From Alphaproteobacteria bacterium (GTDB lineage: Bacteria; Pseudomonadota; Alphaproteobacteria; Bin95): a stretch of 64,000 nucleotides of DNA. The notes under the pieces were generated by a model, which saw nothing but the letters and a program-made list of their open reading frames with translations, was not told the DNA's origin and ran no database searches. The DNA lies in NCBI GenBank assembly GCA_964291285.2, contig OZ219785.1, positions 224,001 to 288,000 on the forward strand, read 5' to 3'. Within the stretch, counting starts at the first letter, position 1, and every line of letters begins with the position of its first letter. Positions 31,397 to 43,371 of this stretch are shown piece by piece. A program made the position numbers and the translations under genes.

Positions 31397-32571
31397 CCCG
31401 CCTTCGCCTTCGGCGGAGGCTTGCCGGGTTTGGCGGCCTTGGCGCCGGGCACGAGCACCGGCTGGCCGGGGCGCAGGCGCTCATTGCCGCGCACGATGGC
31501 GAGGTCGCCTTCCGTCAGCCCGTCCAGAACCTCGAAACGCGTCCCCGAGGCGCGGCCGAGGCGCACACGGCGCCGGTCCGCCTTGCCGTTATTGGCGACG
31601 AAAACGAGGGCCTGCTGGCCCTGGCGCACGATCGCATCCTTGTGGACCGTGAGCGCCGGCGCTGCGCCGCCGATCGGCAGCACCACCGTCGCGGCGGCAT
31701 TCGCGGCCAGCGGCACCGCCGTTCGCCCGAAATCCGGCGTGAAGCGCACGAGCCGGGTGCGCGTCATCGCGTTCTCGTCCGGCACCACCGCCCGCACCCT
31801 GGCGCGGTGCTTCGTGCCGTCCGGCAGCAGCACCGCCACCTCGGCGCCCGGGGCAAGCGCGGCAATGCGCGCCGCCGGCACGTCCGCCTCGATCTCCAGC
31901 TTGCGGTCATTGACCAGCGCCACCACCGCGCCGCCTTCCTTCAGATAGGAGCCGATTTCGGTGTGAAGCGCCGTCACCACGCCGTCATAAGGTGCGCGGA
32001 CCGTGCCCCGCGCCAGATCCATTTCCGCCAGCGCCAGGCCGGCCCTCGCCTGCACGAGCTGCGCGCGCGCCGCATCCAGCTCGGAGCGCAGCCAGGCCCG
32101 CTCCTGCTCCTTGTCCTGCAGGCGCGCCTTGCTGAAGGCGGCCGAGCGGCGCAGCTTCTCGTAGCGCGCGATCTCCTGCTCGACCCGCTCCAGCCGGGCC
32201 CCGGCGGCCAGGGCACGGGCGGCGACCGCGTCGGCCGTGGCGCCGCGGGCGTCGCGCTCGGAGGTGAGCCTCTCGATATCGAGCACCGCCAGCACATCGC
32301 CCTTCGCCACCCGGTCGCCCACCTGCACGCGCATTTCCGTGACCGCGCCCACGGTCTGCGCCGCCACCGAGCCGCGCATCCGCGACACGAGCCTGCCGAA
32401 CACCGGCGCAGTCTCCGCCAGCGGCTCTACGACGACCTTGTCCACCCGGACCGGCGAGGGACGCTGGGCCTCGGCTCCGGCAGGCCAGAGCGCGAGGAAC
32501 GCCAACAGCGCCGAACCGGCGGCCAGGGAAAGGAAATGCAGCGATGGAAACCGCGCCGCGATGATTGCCAT
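31393..32571 (-). CDS. RND efflux periplasmic adaptor (MFP)
   Basis: VQVGDRVAKGDVLA, coiled coil, VRAPYDGVV, GLTEGD..IVRGNERLRPG; start uncertain. Confidence 0.88.
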   Translation of the reverse strand: MAIIAARFPSLHFLSLAAGSALLAFLALWPAGAEAQRPSPVRVDKVVVEPLAETAPVFGRLVSRMRGSVAAQTVGAVTEMRVQVGDRVAKGDVLAVLDIERLTSERDARGATADAVAARALAAGARLERVEQEIARYEKLRRSAAFSKARLQDKEQERAWLRSELDAARAQLVQARAGLALAEMDLARGTVRAPYDGVVTALHTEIGSYLKEGGAVVALVNDRKLEIEADVPAARIAALAPGAEVAVLLPDGTKHRARVRAVVPDENAMTRTRLVRFTPDFGRTAVPLAANAAATVVLPIGGAAPALTVHKDAIVRQGQQALVFVANNGKADRRRVRLGRASGTRFEVLDGLTEGDLAIVRGNERLRPGQPVLVPGAKAAKPGKPPPKAKAG

Positions 32572-32722
32572 GGGCAGCTCTCTTGCCGCCGCAGGACCGA
32601 CGGACGGCGGCGCAAATTGGGGCTGGGCCCGACGGAAGTCAACGGGACGGGCCCCGCTGCCGGACGATCCGGCTATGATGGCGGGACCGGGACCCGCACG
32701 CCGCCGGGAGGCCGGATTCGAC

Positions 32723-33652
32723 ATGACCACGCTGCTGTTCGTCCACGATGCCGCTGCCGGCCACGATACCGGCCCCGGCCATCCCGAGCGCGCGGCGCGG
32801 GCCCGCGCGGTCGCCGCCGCGCTCGACGCGCCGGATTTCGACGGCCTCGAACGCCGCGAGCCGCCGGAGGCCGGGCGGGAGGCGCTGGAGCGGGTCCACT
32901 CCGGCGAATATGTGGACCTCGTGCTCTCCAACATGCCGGCGCGCGGCCATGTGCGCTTCGATGCCGACACCGTCGCCTCGCCCGGAACGAAGGAAGCGGC
33001 GCTCAGGGCCGCGGGCGCCGCGACGGCGGCGGTGGACGCGCTCATGGCGGGCGAGGCGGAGACCGCCTTCTGCGCCATGCGCCCGCCCGGCCACCATGCC
33101 GAACCCGCCCGCGCCATGGGGTTCTGCTTCTTCAACAGCGTCGCGGTCGGCGCCGCCCATGCCCGCACCGTTCACGGCGTCGGTCGCGTCGCCGTGGTCG
33201 ATTTCGACGTCCATCACGGCAACGGCACCCAGGCGGTCTTCTGGGACGAGCCCGATGTGCTGTTCGCCTCGACGCACCAGATGCCGCTCTATCCCGGCAC
33301 GGGCGCGGAGCGGGAATCCGGCGCGCACGGCCAGATCGTCAATGCGCCCCTGCCGCCGGGCGCGGACGGCGGGGCGTTCCGCCGGCGCTTCGAGGAGCGC
33401 GTGCTGCCAGCGGTGGAGGCGTTCCGCCCGGACCTTGTGCTGGTCTCGGCCGGTTTCGACGCCCACCGCGCCGACCCGCTGGCGCAGCTCGAACTCGACG
33501 CGGAGGACTTCGCCTGGGCCACGCGGCAGTTGCTGGCCGCCGCCCGGCGCCATGCCGGCGGCCGGCTCGCGGCCGTGCTCGAAGGCGGCTACGACCTCGA
33601 TGCGCTGGAGGAATGCGTCGGCGCGCATGTCGGGACGCTCGCGGGGGCCTGA
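32723..33652 (+). CDS. Histone deacetylase family protein (AcuC/AphA-like)
   Basis: GHPER, RPPGHHAE, GFCFFN, DFDVHHGNGTQ, SAGFDAH, LEGGY. Confidence 0.93.
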   Translation: MTTLLFVHDAAAGHDTGPGHPERAARARAVAAALDAPDFDGLERREPPEAGREALERVHSGEYVDLVLSNMPARGHVRFDADTVASPGTKEAALRAAGAATAAVDALMAGEAETAFCAMRPPGHHAEPARAMGFCFFNSVAVGAAHARTVHGVGRVAVVDFDVHHGNGTQAVFWDEPDVLFASTHQMPLYPGTGAERESGAHGQIVNAPLPPGADGGAFRRRFEERVLPAVEAFRPDLVLVSAGFDAHRADPLAQLELDAEDFAWATRQLLAAARRHAGGRLAAVLEGGYDLDALEECVGAHVGTLAGA

Positions 33653-33669
33653 CGCTCCGGGCCGGCCGG

Positions 33670-33955
33670 TAACAGTGGTTCATTCGCAAGAAATCAGTAA
33701 TAATTCCTTATTTATTATTGACATATCGGAATCTTGTGCTATATTGGAGCGCAGGAAGGAAGCGGCGTCCGGGGCCGCTTCGTTTCGCCGTTCGCGCCGG
33801 CGCGAAAAAAGCCCCCGATTCGGCCGACAGGCGAGGTGCGCCCTGCGTCCGCCTCGCGCGCACGGGCGCACCCGGGCAATCAGGCGCGCGAACCGCGCCG
33901 CCGCGGAACGCGCGCGGACGGGCGCGGGCACCGGCGCGCATTACGCGCGAATTAG
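33670..33955 (+). repeat. Dispersed non-coding module, copy B, left part (continues after the two IS insertions)
   Basis: Homology to 3590-3860 and 4130-4180; joining across IS1634 gives ggcgcgcattacgcgcgaattagggttccgccactccggcaa versus ggcgcgcattatgcgcgggcgagggacgctcctccggcaa in copy A. Confidence 0.7.
33718..33745 (+). promoter_or_regulatory. Near-consensus sigma70 promoter in copy B of the dispersed module
   Basis: TTGACA-16 nt-TATATT with TG extension, preceded by an AT-rich tract. Confidence 0.6.
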
Positions 33956-37183
<3,228 letters not shown>

Positions 37184-37373
37184 CCGACAACACAGTCGCT
37201 CTCCCGCCTGCGGAAGAGGCCGGGAGCGGGCCGGCGGCCGTGCGGCTCGCAAATACCTTGCCGGAACAAGAAAGGGCCTCCCGCGGTTCTCCCTTGGCCA
37301 GGCGAAGGAAGGGGATTCGCGGAAGGATCCACCTCATGCCCGAACCGGATACAGGATATGCACCTTTCGCATG

Positions 37374-37440
37374 CAAAACATGACATCTCATGACATGCCG
37401 CACGGCGCCTCACGGCAAAACATGACATTCCATGACATGC
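37374..37440 (+). repeat. Two caaaa-CATGACA-nnn-CATGACA arrays
   Basis: caaaacatgacatctcatgacatg and caaaacatgacattccatgacatg; same motif as 4056 and 4255. Confidence 0.8.
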
Positions 37441-37611
37441 CCGGCATATCCCGGCAGCCGCGCCGCCGCTGCCGGGATGCGCTCGCACGCCCGCCCGTTC
37501 CGGGCCGCGGCCAGCCGGGTCCGGCAGGCATATCGATGGATAAGCGTTGTTCCCCGATGCGCCCGTTATCCATTATCGTGATCCACGTTCGATCCCAGGT
37601 CGGAGAAGACG

Positions 37612-38709
37612 ATGCCGCAGGACACAGCAGGCCCCGACAGGCCGAAATGGTACGGCTATCTGCAACTCGTCGTCATTCTCGGCGCGATCGCCGTCGCGCT
37701 CTATCTCGCCCGGGCGCCGGAACGGGTTGAGCGCATCGACAGGTCGGCGCTGGAAACCCGGGAAAGGCGGCCTGCCGTCAATGTCATCCAGCCGACGCCC
37801 ACGGAGCAGGCGCTGACGCTTCGCCTGACCGGCTCTGTCGTGCTGAAGGAACGGGCGGCGGTGGTATCGGAAGTCGTCGGGCGCGTTGTCTGGGTCTCGC
37901 CGAAATTCGAGCCTGGCGGGTCTATAGAGGCCAATGAGGTGTTCATCCGGATCGACCCCGAGGAATACGAACTCAGGGTTGAAGAAGCGAGGCTGGAAGT
38001 AGCGGAACTCGAACATGACATAAGCGGGAAGGAAGCCCGCAACGAAAACACCGCGCGCCTGGCCCTGAAGCTGGAAAAGGCGCGCGTGGCGCTTCGGCTG
38101 GCGGAGCTGCAGCTTCGCAGGACGAACATTTCCTTTCCCTTCGATGCCCGCGTGATTTCCTCGAGCGTCGAGGTCGGCGAGCTTGCCGGCCCGGCGGAGA
38201 AGGTCGGCAAAGCCGCAATATTGGGCCGCGTCTATCGACCCCAATCCATCCGCGTGGCGGCTCCCGTCGAGCAGCGGGACCTCAGGCATCTCGCCCCGGT
38301 GGTCGGGCGAACGGCCGAAGTCCGCACCAGAACCGGGGTCTTCAGGGCGAAAGTCGCAGCGGTCTCCTCGGTGGTGGCGGCCAAGAGCCGGCTCGCCTCG
38401 CTTTTCCTGAACTTTTCCGACGACCTGCCTGCCGCCTCCCTGCCTCTTCCCCGCACCTTCGCCGAGATCGTCATTGCCGGGCCGGAACACAGCGGCGTCT
38501 ATGTGTTGCCGGACGCGGCCGCGCAGGCCGGCGACCGCGTCTGGGTCGTCAGGGACGGCGCGCTCAACTCGGTCGAGCCGCGGATTCTGGGCAGGATCGA
38601 CGGCGGATGGGTGGTGGAAGCCTTCGATGCCGGCGACGGCGTGGTTCTCGGCACCCTGCCGGCAGCCCGCGAGGGCCTTGCCGTGACCGCCGCGAAACCG
38701 CAGGCATAG
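37612..38709 (+). CDS. RND efflux periplasmic adaptor (MFP)
   Basis: N-terminal TM anchor, SEVVGRVVWVSPKF, IDPEEYE, ISFPFDARV; directly upstream of an RND permease. Confidence 0.82.
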   Translation: MPQDTAGPDRPKWYGYLQLVVILGAIAVALYLARAPERVERIDRSALETRERRPAVNVIQPTPTEQALTLRLTGSVVLKERAAVVSEVVGRVVWVSPKFEPGGSIEANEVFIRIDPEEYELRVEEARLEVAELEHDISGKEARNENTARLALKLEKARVALRLAELQLRRTNISFPFDARVISSSVEVGELAGPAEKVGKAAILGRVYRPQSIRVAAPVEQRDLRHLAPVVGRTAEVRTRTGVFRAKVAAVSSVVAAKSRLASLFLNFSDDLPAASLPLPRTFAEIVIAGPEHSGVYVLPDAAAQAGDRVWVVRDGALNSVEPRILGRIDGGWVVEAFDAGDGVVLGTLPAAREGLAVTAAKPQA

Positions 38710-38718
38710 GGGCGCGGC

Positions 38719-41700
38719 ATGAGCAACAACGACGCGGGCGGGGGCGCCGGCGGGACCGGAGCGCCTGTGCGGCGGGGCCCGATCGCCTGGTTTGCGGCGA
38801 ACCCCGTCGCCGCGAACCTCCTGATGGTCTTCCTGATCGCCGCGGGCGCGATCGCCGGCTCGCAGCTCGTGGTCCAGAACTACCCGGAATTCGACGCGCG
38901 CCGCATTGCCGTCAAGATCCCGTCGCCCGGCGCATCGCCGAGGGAAGTGCAGGAGGACGTCGTCCGCCGGGTCGAGGAAGCGATTGTCGGCATACCCGGC
39001 GTCAGCCGGGTGGTCAGCACGGCGAAGGAAGGCATCGGCCTGATCGACGTGGAGCTCGAGACCTTCGCCGATGACGAGGCGGTTCTGAACGACGTCGAAA
39101 GCGCCATCGACACCATAGAGAACTTCCCGCCTCCGAACGCGGAACGGCCCAAGGTCTCCCTTCTCAGATGGCGGAACGATGTCGTGACGATTGCGGTTTT
39201 GTCCGCCTCGGCGACGGAAGCCGGCCTTCGGCTCGCGGCGGAGGATTTGCGCGACTCGCTGCTGGCCCTGCCGAAAATCTCCCACATAGAGTTCCAGGGC
39301 GCGCGCGACCGGGAGATCACGATAGAGCTGAGCGAGGAGGACCTGCGGCGAAACCGGCTCCAGATATCCGACGTCAGGCAGGCGATCCGGCGCGCCTCGC
39401 TCAATCTGACCTTCGGCGAGCTGCGGACCGATGCGGGCGGTGTCGTGCTGCAGGTGGTGGCGAAGCGGAAATACAGCACGGAATTCAAGGACATACCGCT
39501 TATCACCCGCCTCGATGGAACGGTGGTGACGCTGGGCGATGTCGCCAGGATTCGCGACGGCTTCGTCGATGAAAATGTCCTGACCGAACTCGACGGCACA
39601 CCGGCCGTATTTCTCCGGATAAGCGCCACGGGCAGGCAATCGACCAAGGAGGTCCGGAACATTGTCGTCGGGTTTCTCGATAGCTACAGCCCGGCCGGGC
39701 ATGTTTCGGTCGAAGTCTGGGACGACAAGGTCGATCTAACGGTCGAGCGGCTGACGCTGATTCTGGGGAACGCCGTGATCGGTGCGGTCCTGGTGTTCAT
39801 CTGCCTGGTCGCGGTGTTCGACCTTCGGGTGGCTTTCTGGACGGCCTTCGGCATTCCTCTGGCCTTCGTCGGGTCGCTGGTCTTCTTCACGCCGGCCGAC
39901 CTGACCTTGAACATGGGCACCCTGTTCGCCTTCTTCCTGATGGTCGGCATCGTGGTGGACGACGCCGTTGTCGTCGGGGAGAGCATCGCGACGGAAAGAA
40001 GCCGCGGCGGGACGGCGCTTGGCGCCGCGATTGCCGGCGCACGAGCCGTTGCAGGGCCGCTGGTCGTCGGCGCGGCAACGACGATGATCGCACTGGTCCC
40101 CCTGCTGTTCATCAACGAAGGCACCTGGCAGATCATCCGGGTCATCCCCTGGGTGGCGCTGTTCGTGCTGGCGGTTTCCCTGGTGGAGGCATTCTTCATC
40201 CTGCCGGCGCATCTCTCGCATGACAGGCCCTGGAGCGCGCCGCCGCTGAGCGGTTGGCAGGGGGCGGTGCGCGGCTGGCTCGACGGCGTCCGCGACAGCG
40301 TGGTGGCTGCAACCGTTTCCTGGTCGGTGCGCCATGTCTGGATGGCGCTCGCCATCGGGATCGCCGTCGTGGCGTGCGCGGTGCTGCTTCTGCGCCAGCA
40401 CGAGGTGCGGGTGCTGTTCGCGGAGACAAGGGCGAGCGTTTCCAACATGGTGCAGGTGGAGTTGCGCCTGCCGGCCGGTTCCCCGTTCGAGGCGACGCTC
40501 GCCGCCGCCGAGCGCTTCAGGGATGCCGCTGAGGGGGTAAACGAGGACCTGGAAGGCACATCGGTCAAGTCGGTCAGCATCGTGGTCGGCAAGATCCTGT
40601 CCACCCGACCCGGTGACGCCGAGCTCTCGGGCGACCATCTGGCGACGGTAAGGGTTCATCTTTATCGCCGCCCGGTCCGCATAGCGCAGCCGAGCGAGGT
40701 GGAACGCGCCTTGCGGGCCCGCGTCGGCGATGTTTCGAGCCTCGAACATGTGGAATATGTGACCAGCCGGAGCAAGCTCAGGCCGAATCTCGCCTATTCG
40801 ATACGCCATGACGACCCGCAGGTCCTGCAGGGCGCCGCGCGGAAGCTCCGCTCCGCCCTCGCCTCGATACACGGCGTTTACGGCGTTTACGACAATCTCT
40901 CGCCCGGCAAGCGGCAGCTCGAGATAGAACTGACGCCGGCCGGCAAGGCGGCCGGGCTTTCGCCGGCGCTGCTGGGAGCGCAGTTGCGCGCCCGGCTTCA
41001 TGGCGCCGAAGCGCAGCGCATCCAGCGTGGCCGCGAGGAAATCGAGGTCGTCGTCAGATATCCCGCGGAACGCCGCCGGAGCCTGAAGGAACTGGCCGGG
41101 ATGCGCATAGACCGGCCCGGCGGGGGCGAGGTGCCGCTCTCCCTGGTCGCAACGCTCACCGAAAAGCAGGAAATGGCCGAGCTGACGCGGATCGACGGCA
41201 AGCCGGCCGTCTTCGTGGAGGCGAAGGCGGACGCCGCGGTCATCACGCCGATCCAGGCCCGCAGGCTGATCGAGGACGGCGTCGTGCGGGAGCTGCGCGC
41301 CGCGCATCCCGGAATCGCGGTGGAGAGGGACGGCGGGGCGCGAAACGAGCGGCGGGTGCTGGAAACGCTTGCCACGCTGGTGCCGCTTGCGCTGATCGCC
41401 ATGTATGCGGTCATGGCGGCGTTCCTGCGCAGCTACTGGAAGCCGCTGGTCGCCGCGGCCGGAATCCCGGCCGCCTTCGCCGGCGCGGTGCTGATGCACT
41501 GGATACTCGGCTGGGATTTCTCCTTCATGTCGGTATTCGGGATCGTCGCCGTCTCGGGCGTCGTCGTGAACGATGCGCTGGTGCTGCTCGACCGCTACAA
41601 CATCATCCGCCGGGAGAACGACGCCCTGCCGGCGGTCGCCGCCGCGGCGGCCGCCACGCGCCACCGTTTCCGCGCCGTGCTGCTCACCAGCCTGACGACG

Positions 41701-41859
41701 GTGCTCGGCCTCTCGCCCCTCCTTTACGAGCGCAGCGACGCCCTGCTCTTCCTGGTGCCGTTCGTCGCCAGCATGCTGGGCGGGCTCGTATTGGCGGGCA
41801 TGTTCGTCCTGTTCCTCCTGCCGGCGATGGTGATGATCGCCGACGGCAGGCATGAATAG
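38719..41859 (+). CDS. RND efflux transporter permease
   Basis: IAWFAANPVAANLLM, GIVVDDAVVVGE, SGVVVNDALVL, RFRAVLLTSLTT. Confidence 0.92.
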   Translation: MSNNDAGGGAGGTGAPVRRGPIAWFAANPVAANLLMVFLIAAGAIAGSQLVVQNYPEFDARRIAVKIPSPGASPREVQEDVVRRVEEAIVGIPGVSRVVSTAKEGIGLIDVELETFADDEAVLNDVESAIDTIENFPPPNAERPKVSLLRWRNDVVTIAVLSASATEAGLRLAAEDLRDSLLALPKISHIEFQGARDREITIELSEEDLRRNRLQISDVRQAIRRASLNLTFGELRTDAGGVVLQVVAKRKYSTEFKDIPLITRLDGTVVTLGDVARIRDGFVDENVLTELDGTPAVFLRISATGRQSTKEVRNIVVGFLDSYSPAGHVSVEVWDDKVDLTVERLTLILGNAVIGAVLVFICLVAVFDLRVAFWTAFGIPLAFVGSLVFFTPADLTLNMGTLFAFFLMVGIVVDDAVVVGESIATERSRGGTALGAAIAGARAVAGPLVVGAATTMIALVPLLFINEGTWQIIRVIPWVALFVLAVSLVEAFFILPAHLSHDRPWSAPPLSGWQGAVRGWLDGVRDSVVAATVSWSVRHVWMALAIGIAVVACAVLLLRQHEVRVLFAETRASVSNMVQVELRLPAGSPFEATLAAAERFRDAAEGVNEDLEGTSVKSVSIVVGKILSTRPGDAELSGDHLATVRVHLYRRPVRIAQPSEVERALRARVGDVSSLEHVEYVTSRSKLRPNLAYSIRHDDPQVLQGAARKLRSALASIHGVYGVYDNLSPGKRQLEIELTPAGKAAGLSPALLGAQLRARLHGAEAQRIQRGREEIEVVVRYPAERRRSLKELAGMRIDRPGGGEVPLSLVATLTEKQEMAELTRIDGKPAVFVEAKADAAVITPIQARRLIEDGVVRELRAAHPGIAVERDGGARNERRVLETLATLVPLALIAMYAVMAAFLRSYWKPLVAAAGIPAAFAGAVLMHWILGWDFSFMSVFGIVAVSGVVVNDALVLLDRYNIIRRENDALPAVAAAAAATRHRFRAVLLTSLTTVLGLSPLLYERSDALLFLVPFVASMLGGLVLAGMFVLFLLPAMVMIADGRHE

Positions 41860-41947
41860 GCCGGCCGGCAGCGAAACGCGGTTTGACAGCCGGCAGGCGG
41901 GGCCCTAGTTTGCCTGCCGTTCCAGTATTGCAGCGGAGGCGCATGCG

Positions 41948-42115
41948 ATGGCCAAGCCGGCAACCGTCATGGTGAAGCTCGTCAGCACGGCCGACACGGG
42001 CTATTTCTACGTCACCAAGAAGAACCCGCGGACCAAGACCGAGAAGCTCGAGATCCGCAAATTCGACCCCATCGCGCGCAAGCATGTCGTCTTCAAGGAA
42101 CAGAAGATGAAGTAG
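41948..42115 (+). CDS. rpmG: 50S ribosomal protein L33
   Basis: Manual translation (absent from the ORF track): [55 protein letters not shown]; GGAGG RBS. Confidence 0.97.
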   Translation: MAKPATVMVKLVSTADTGYFYVTKKNPRTKTEKLEIRKFDPIARKHVVFKEQKMK

Positions 42116-42170
42116 CGGCGCCAGCCGCTTCGCCTGCTGCGGGCGCGGGCCGCCTATCGGACGGGATTTC

Positions 42171-43340
42171 ATGGAAGCCGGCGAGGTCGCGGCCGTTTGC
42201 CGGAATTGCGGCCGTCCCGCCGCCGCGCCCGTTCCGACACGCTGCCCGTCCTGCCGTTCTCCGCGCTTCGCCGCGCATCCCGAGATTGCCCGCGTCGGCA
42301 TCGCGCATCTCGACTGCGACGCCTTCTACGCCGCCGTCGAAAAGCGGGACGATCCGGGCCTTGCCGACCGCCCGGTTGTGATCGGCGGCGGGCGGCGCGG
42401 CGTCGTCGCCGCCGCCTGCTATGTCGCGCGGCGCTTCGGCGTGCGCTCGGCCATGGCCATGTACAAGGCGCTCGAAGCCTGCCCCCATGCGGTGGTGCTG
42501 AGGCCCGACATGGCGAAATACCGCAAGGTGGGACGCGAGGTCCGGGCCCTGATGCGCGAGGCCACGCCCCTGGTCGAGCCGATCTCCATCGACGAGGCGT
42601 TTCTCGACCTCAGCGAACACAAGCTCCCGGCCGCCGCCGCTGTCCGCCTTGTCCGGCGGATCGAGGACGAGGTCGGCATCACGGTCTCGGTGGGACTGGC
42701 GGCCAACAAGTTCCTCGCCAAGATCGCCTCGGACCTCGACAAGCCGCGCGGCTTCGCCGTGATCGGCCCGCAGGAAGCGCCGGCGTTCCTTGCCGGGAAG
42801 CCGGTCACGATCATCCCGGGCGTGGGCGCCGCAATGGCCCGGCGGCTCCGGGCCGAGGGCGTGCTTGCGGTCGCCGACCTGCGCCGCTGGACGGAAGCGG
42901 AGATGACGGCCCGGTTCGGCGCGTTCGGGCGGCGCCTCTATAACTTCGCCCGCTGTCGGGACGACCGGCCGGTCCAGCCGGTGAGCGAGACGCGCAGCAT
43001 TTCAGCCGAAACGACCTTCGAGAACGACCGCAGCGGCTATGACGACCTCGCCCGCGCCCTGCCGCCGCTGGCCCGGACGGTCGCAACCCGCCTCGACACC
43101 GCCGGACTCGCTGCCGGGTCCGTCGTGCTGAAGCTCAAGACGGCCGACTTCCGCACGCATACCCGCAGCCACGCGCTCGCCTTCGCCACGCAGCGCGCGG
43201 ACCGCCTGCTGGAAGAGGCGGAGCGGCTCCTCCGGCCCGAGGCGGACGGCCGCGCCTTCCGCCTGATCGGGCTCGGCGCGGCGGACCTCGCGCCGCCGGA
43301 CGCCGCCGACCCGCCGGAACTCTTCGCCGGCGCGTGCTGA
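42171..43340 (+). CDS. dinB: DNA polymerase IV
   Basis: AHLDCDAFYAAVE, ACYVARRFGVRSAM, SIDEAFLD, KFLAKIASDLDKPRG; N-terminal CxxC..CxxC. Confidence 0.93.
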   Translation: MEAGEVAAVCRNCGRPAAAPVPTRCPSCRSPRFAAHPEIARVGIAHLDCDAFYAAVEKRDDPGLADRPVVIGGGRRGVVAAACYVARRFGVRSAMAMYKALEACPHAVVLRPDMAKYRKVGREVRALMREATPLVEPISIDEAFLDLSEHKLPAAAAVRLVRRIEDEVGITVSVGLAANKFLAKIASDLDKPRGFAVIGPQEAPAFLAGKPVTIIPGVGAAMARRLRAEGVLAVADLRRWTEAEMTARFGAFGRRLYNFARCRDDRPVQPVSETRSISAETTFENDRSGYDDLARALPPLARTVATRLDTAGLAAGSVVLKLKTADFRTHTRSHALAFATQRADRLLEEAERLLRPEADGRAFRLIGLGAADLAPPDAADPPELFAGAC

Positions 43341-43371
43341 ACACATGTCGCGGCCTCAGGGCCGGAACAGG

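Noticed and set aside
37612-41859. Second RND pair as part of the RiPP system
   Set aside because: It lies ~6 kb outside the inverted repeat, separated by rpmG, dinB and TRAP genes
42171-42270. N-terminal CxxC...CxxC on DinB as a novel fusion
   Set aside because: Common in alphaproteobacterial DNA polymerase IV
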